Positions 28,874 through 32,000 of a stretch of 32,000 bases of DNA are shown here, piece after piece. Source of the stretch: Methanococcus maripaludis (GTDB taxonomy: Archaea; AGJL01; Methanococci; Methanococcales; Methanococcaceae); the NCBI RefSeq assembly GCF_002945325.1, contig NZ_CP026606.1, positions 1,682,919-1,714,918 of the forward strand, read 5' to 3'. The position numbers and the translations under genes were made by a program. Within the stretch, counting starts at the first letter, position 1. Every line of letters begins with the position of its first letter. Under the pieces are notes generated by a model, which had not been told where the DNA came from, did not search any database, and worked only from the letters and a program-made list of their open reading frames with translations.

Positions 28874-29305
28874 ATGTTTGGAAAACCCGAATGGTTTGAG
28901 AGAAGAAAGTACGGCGGTTGGGGACTTCACCCAAAAACATGGCAGGGTTGGCTCTATATTGCAGTAATGGTTCTACCTTACATAATATTTCAATCGCTAC
29001 CTTATTGGGACGAAACAACAAGAACTTACGTTACTGTAGCTTGGGTTTTATTTTTATTGCTTGATGTAGGGCACATCATGGTAAATCTTGATAAAGATGA
29101 GCGAGAATATAAAATAGAAGCAGTATCTGAAAGAAATGCGGCATGGGCGATGGTTTTATTTTTAGTTGCCGGAATAATGTATCAATCGATTACGAGTGCT
29201 TTGAATCAAAGCTTTTACGTTGACTGGTTTTTAGTTCTGGCATTATTTGGGGGAATGATTGTAAAAACAATTTCAAATTATTACCTTGAAAAATCTGAAA
29301 TTTAA
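28874..29305 (+). CDS. Four-TM membrane protein (resembles DUF2178-type partners of small XRE regulators)
   Basis: Hydrophobicity pattern and GGTGAT RBS. The family assignment is tentative. Confidence 0.5.
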   Translation: MFGKPEWFERRKYGGWGLHPKTWQGWLYIAVMVLPYIIFQSLPYWDETTRTYVTVAWVLFLLLDVGHIMVNLDKDEREYKIEAVSERNAAWAMVLFLVAGIMYQSITSALNQSFYVDWFLVLALFGGMIVKTISNYYLEKSEI

Positions 29306-29377
29306 GGGATTAAAATGGACAGTAAATTTAAAAATAGACTTAATTTAAAATATTTTGAAAAGATTGGGCGATATTGA

Positions 29378-29578
29378 ATGAAAACGAGGATAAAAGAATA
29401 TCGGGCAAAGTACGACATGACGCAAGAGGATCTCGGAAAAATTGTTGGAGTTAGGCGTGAAACAATAGGTTTTCTTGAAAAGGGAAAATATAATCCGTCA
29501 TTAAAACTTGCTCACGCAATTTCAAAGGCGTTGAATGTGAAAATAGATGAATTATTTATTTTTGAAGAAGATGAATAA
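29378..29578 (+). CDS. XRE/Cro-C1 family helix-turn-helix transcriptional regulator (66 aa)
   Basis: [39 protein letters not shown] is a canonical HTH_3 pattern. Confidence 0.85.
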   Translation: MKTRIKEYRAKYDMTQEDLGKIVGVRRETIGFLEKGKYNPSLKLAHAISKALNVKIDELFIFEEDE

Positions 29579-29711
29579 GAAAAAGACGAATAAAAAAATG
29601 GAAAAATTTTATCGAAATACTTTTAAAATAAAAAGAAAGGCATCAGCAGATCATAAAATTGGCTCATCACAAGGTCAGCCGGGGATAACATCATCATTTG
29701 CCTTAATTCTT

Positions 29712-30233
29712 TTAAATGTACTGTCCGAGAATTTCTATAACTTCATTTTGAAGTTCTCTTTCGTCAATCGGATCCATTTCGATATTGGAATTTGCAATAA
29801 TATAAAACGGCATTTCGTTCTTTTCAATTGTTGATATATATATGTATTCTTCACCAGATTTTATACTCGTTTTTTCGACATTTCCCATGATTTTGTTTAG
29901 GGTCTGGAAAACACCACTGTACTGTCCAGCAACTTCATCCGGGTCTTTTAATGTGGAAATGATTGTCAAACCTTCTTCATTAACAACAGTAATATCTAAA
30001 AGGTCATGTGAAAGGGCAATTTCTAAAAGGTCGTAAGTGTCGGACGCTTTTTCAGGATTTTTTGAGACCGCCTGACTTTTTAATTTTTGAAGTCCTTCAA
30101 TTACTTCGAGTTCAAGTAATTCTTTTTCTTCATTTTGTACATTCTTTTTATCTTTTTTTAGTTTAAATAGTGTGTAGTATGAACCAAAAAAACCTGCACC
30201 AAGTGAAATTGTAAATAAACCCAAATTTTCCAT
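29712..30233 (-). CDS. N-terminally membrane-anchored protein with a Roadblock/LC7 (MglB-like) type domain
   Basis: TM helix LGLFTISLGAGFFGSYYTLF. The C-terminal ~110 aa follow the Roadblock alpha-beta-beta-alpha-beta-beta-beta-alpha pattern (..LDITVVNEEGLTIIST..). AAGGGGT RBS. Confidence 0.45.
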   Translation of the reverse strand: MENLGLFTISLGAGFFGSYYTLFKLKKDKKNVQNEEKELLELEVIEGLQKLKSQAVSKNPEKASDTYDLLEIALSHDLLDITVVNEEGLTIISTLKDPDEVAGQYSGVFQTLNKIMGNVEKTSIKSGEEYIYISTIEKNEMPFYIIANSNIEMDPIDERELQNEVIEILGQYI

Positions 30234-30263
30234 TTTTTAGACCCCTTTTAAATATTATATTGT

Positions 30264-30422
30264 TTATTTTAATTTTTGAAGCCCTTTTATTACTTCATCT
30301 TTTAATTCTTCGCGCTTTTTAGCCTTATCTTTCTTCTTTTTCTGTATAATTATTCTCAAAATGGAGAAAGAACATATAAAACCTATTCCAAGAGATATTG
30401 CGAACAGGTAGATGTTATTCAT
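30264..30422 (-). CDS. 52-aa single-TM protein, paralogous to the N-terminus of the downstream 173-aa protein
   Basis: Hand-translated: MNNIYLFAISLGIGFICSFSILRIIIQKKKKDKAKKREELKDEVIKGLQKLK*. AGAGGG RBS. It shares VI(E/K)GLQKLK and nucleotide-level similarity with 30078-30110. Confidence 0.5.
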   Translation of the reverse strand: MNNIYLFAISLGIGFICSFSILRIIIQKKKKDKAKKREELKDEVIKGLQKLK

Positions 30423-30479
30423 AAAAGCCCTCTGTTAAACTATGGGTACCATTATATTTTCTGGGATATTTAACCATTT

Positions 30480-32000
30480 TTATTTATATCTGCTGTATGA
30501 GGTTGTGAATTTTTCAACAGTAATATTTAAAAATTCAATTTCGACATTATTCATACCTAATATGTCGGAAATGTCTCTTTCAATTTTATCAGTATTTAAG
30601 CTGCTTTTTATAAATCCAAGCATTTTTTTAGGGACAACGATAATTGAACACTTGCATTTATATCCGTTATCTTCGGTTATGGACATATGGACTTCAAATT
30701 CAGAAATATCATGTACATTTTCTAAATATTCATATATTCCATGTTCAATTTTTTCTTTTAGTCCTTCAACGCCTGTTTTTTCTTTATTTGAATTTTTAGC
30801 TTTTATTTTATTAAGCTCTTCTTGAAGATCTATATCATATTTATTATGTGTTGATTTATGCTCTGTTTTAGTTTCTGTTTTATTCCCTGTTTTTTTATTA
30901 TTGACAGTAACATCTGAAGTCATTTCGATTATATATGAATCAAATAGATCTTCAATGTCTTTTTTAATAACCTCAGAATTTTCATCTGACGTCGTGTTAA
31001 CACAACACGTGGCAATAAATTCGTCGTTATCAGAATATTCTATCGAAAGTTCAGTTTCAAACTCTAAAATAGCGCTATTTTCGTTGAAATAATCATTTAT
31101 TTTTTCTAAGAGTTCGTTTTCTATTGCACCCATTTCAGTTTTTGAAGGTTCAAACACGTCATCTAACAGATTTTCAATCATATCTTCAGTAGGTGTTCGT
31201 ATACCTAATTTTTTCATCAGCTCTTCTCTTGAAATATCTTCTTCGACCTGTTGGGGGTTTTCAGTTTCAGAATCGTCTTTTTCAAGGTATTCATTAATAT
31301 CTTTTACCTCTTGAACATATTTTGGAAGTTCTGTTTTTGGCATCTCAATTTTTACAGGTTCTGATGGTTTAATGGAAATTACTGATTCAGGGTATTCTTC
31401 GATAAAATAATTCAATTTTGAATTGTTATATTCGTAAACATCAATTGCAAAATCATTATCTTCATTAATTATATCGTTAAACATTTTAAAAGCATCATTT
31501 CCGAAAAATAATTTATTTTCAGCCTGATAAACAGCAGTAACTGGTAAATTTCCATTGTATGCAACATATCCTCTATGGTAAGTTCCATCAATTTTTTTGA
31601 AGAGTTCTAAAAGGGTGTATTTTCCAAGGTATTTTTCAAAATCGTTAGAAACGCCCAATTTTATGGGTTTGCCTTCTGGAACGGATATTCTTCCATTATT
31701 TGGAGCAATTGCTTTTTTCTTTTCAACCGGACTTTTTTTAACAGTTTCATTTGTTAAAAAGAGCTTTTTATTTGAATTTTGCATCATGGATAACATGGAA
31801 TCTGTATATGAAAATATGTCAACAATTGCGCCAAGTTCTGCCATTTTCATAGCGTTTACAACAGCATCATTTCCGAAAAATTCTCCTTCGTAGTCAGAAT
31901 ATCCGCCAATGATTTTTTTATTGTTTAAAAAAAGATGGCTTTCCTTAAACTGTCCGTTGACTTTTAGGGATAGTCTAACATGTCCGATAAAATTTTCTGG
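30480..32000 (-). CDS. Large uncharacterised protein, 5'-truncated by the window edge: two PATAN/DUF4388-like N-terminal repeats, an acidic linker and two C-terminal repeat modules
   Basis: The frame stays open from the track's ATG 31850 to nt 32000 (50 more codons, no stop). Repeats of the type 'G.V......L....FGNDA.......A.VD.F.Y'. Confidence 0.6.
   Translation of the reverse strand, partial: PENFIGHVRLSLKVNGQFKESHLFLNNKKIIGGYSDYEGEFFGNDAVVNAMKMAELGAIVDIFSYTDSMLSMMQNSNKKLFLTNETVKKSPVEKKKAIAPNNGRISVPEGKPIKLGVSNDFEKYLGKYTLLELFKKIDGTYHRGYVAYNGNLPVTAVYQAENKLFFGNDAFKMFNDIINEDNDFAIDVYEYNNSKLNYFIEEYPESVISIKPSEPVKIEMPKTELPKYVQEVKDINEYLEKDDSETENPQQVEEDISREELMKKLGIRTPTEDMIENLLDDVFEPSKTEMGAIENELLEKINDYFNENSAILEFETELSIEYSDNDEFIATCCVNTTSDENSEVIKKDIEDLFDSYIIEMTSDVTVNNKKTGNKTETKTEHKSTHNKYDIDLQEELNKIKAKNSNKEKTGVEGLKEKIEHGIYEYLENVHDISEFEVHMSITEDNGYKCKCSIIVVPKKMLGFIKSSLNTDKIERDISDILGMNNVEIEFLNITVEKFTTSYSRYK

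Noticed and set aside
29579-29711. A relatively GC-rich stretch between the XRE gene and the convergent 173-aa gene, with AAGGCA/TGCCTT (29637-29642 / 29699-29704) and GGCT/AGCC (29661-29664 / 29677-29680) pairings. I considered an sRNA or tRNA fragment.
   Set aside because: The stems are only 4-6 bp with long loops, and there is no tRNA-like cloverleaf or conserved boxes. The most economical reading is the 3' UTR/terminator region of the minus-strand operon, since a T-rich tract follows on the minus strand at ~29620-29636. The 95-aa plus-strand ORF 29547..29834 overlaps it, but that ORF runs antisense into the 173-aa gene and is not credible.

Overview
AT-rich archaeal chromosome segment with Methanococcus-type gene content; protein identities were recognised by eye, with no database search. 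About 26 kb is housekeeping. It encodes a surface protein, an AI-2E transporter, a PEGA protein, citramalate synthase, aspartate kinase, a 4xCBS protein, an extended histone, a radical SAM enzyme, carB, xth, gltX, an RluA-family pseudouridine synthase, pyrC, a tightly coupled trpCDEGFBA operon, an Nre repair protein and a split LysO exporter. The last ~5 kb looks accessory. It holds a beta-helix protein, a lipobox cupredoxin with a small membrane protein and a tandem rubredoxin-like protein, a membrane protein/XRE pair, and a minus-strand cluster of PATAN-like and Roadblock-like proteins that runs off the window. The strongest lead is a 31-codon ORF (17971..18066) in the unusually structured 330-bp pyrC-trpC spacer. 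It has a Shine-Dalgarno motif and ends in tandem Trp codons (..FQWWQ*), followed by a weak hairpin and a T5 tract. This looks like a bacterial-style trp leader peptide in an archaeon, but a second TATA-like element nearer trpC supports a competing model. Other leads are a CBS x4 protein whose C-terminus looks like an HPF/RaiA ribosome-hibernation fold, an 11-bp perfect repeat flanking its TATA box, and phased TAACAT operators before the XRE operon. I saw no rRNA, tRNA, CRISPR array, transposase or integrase.
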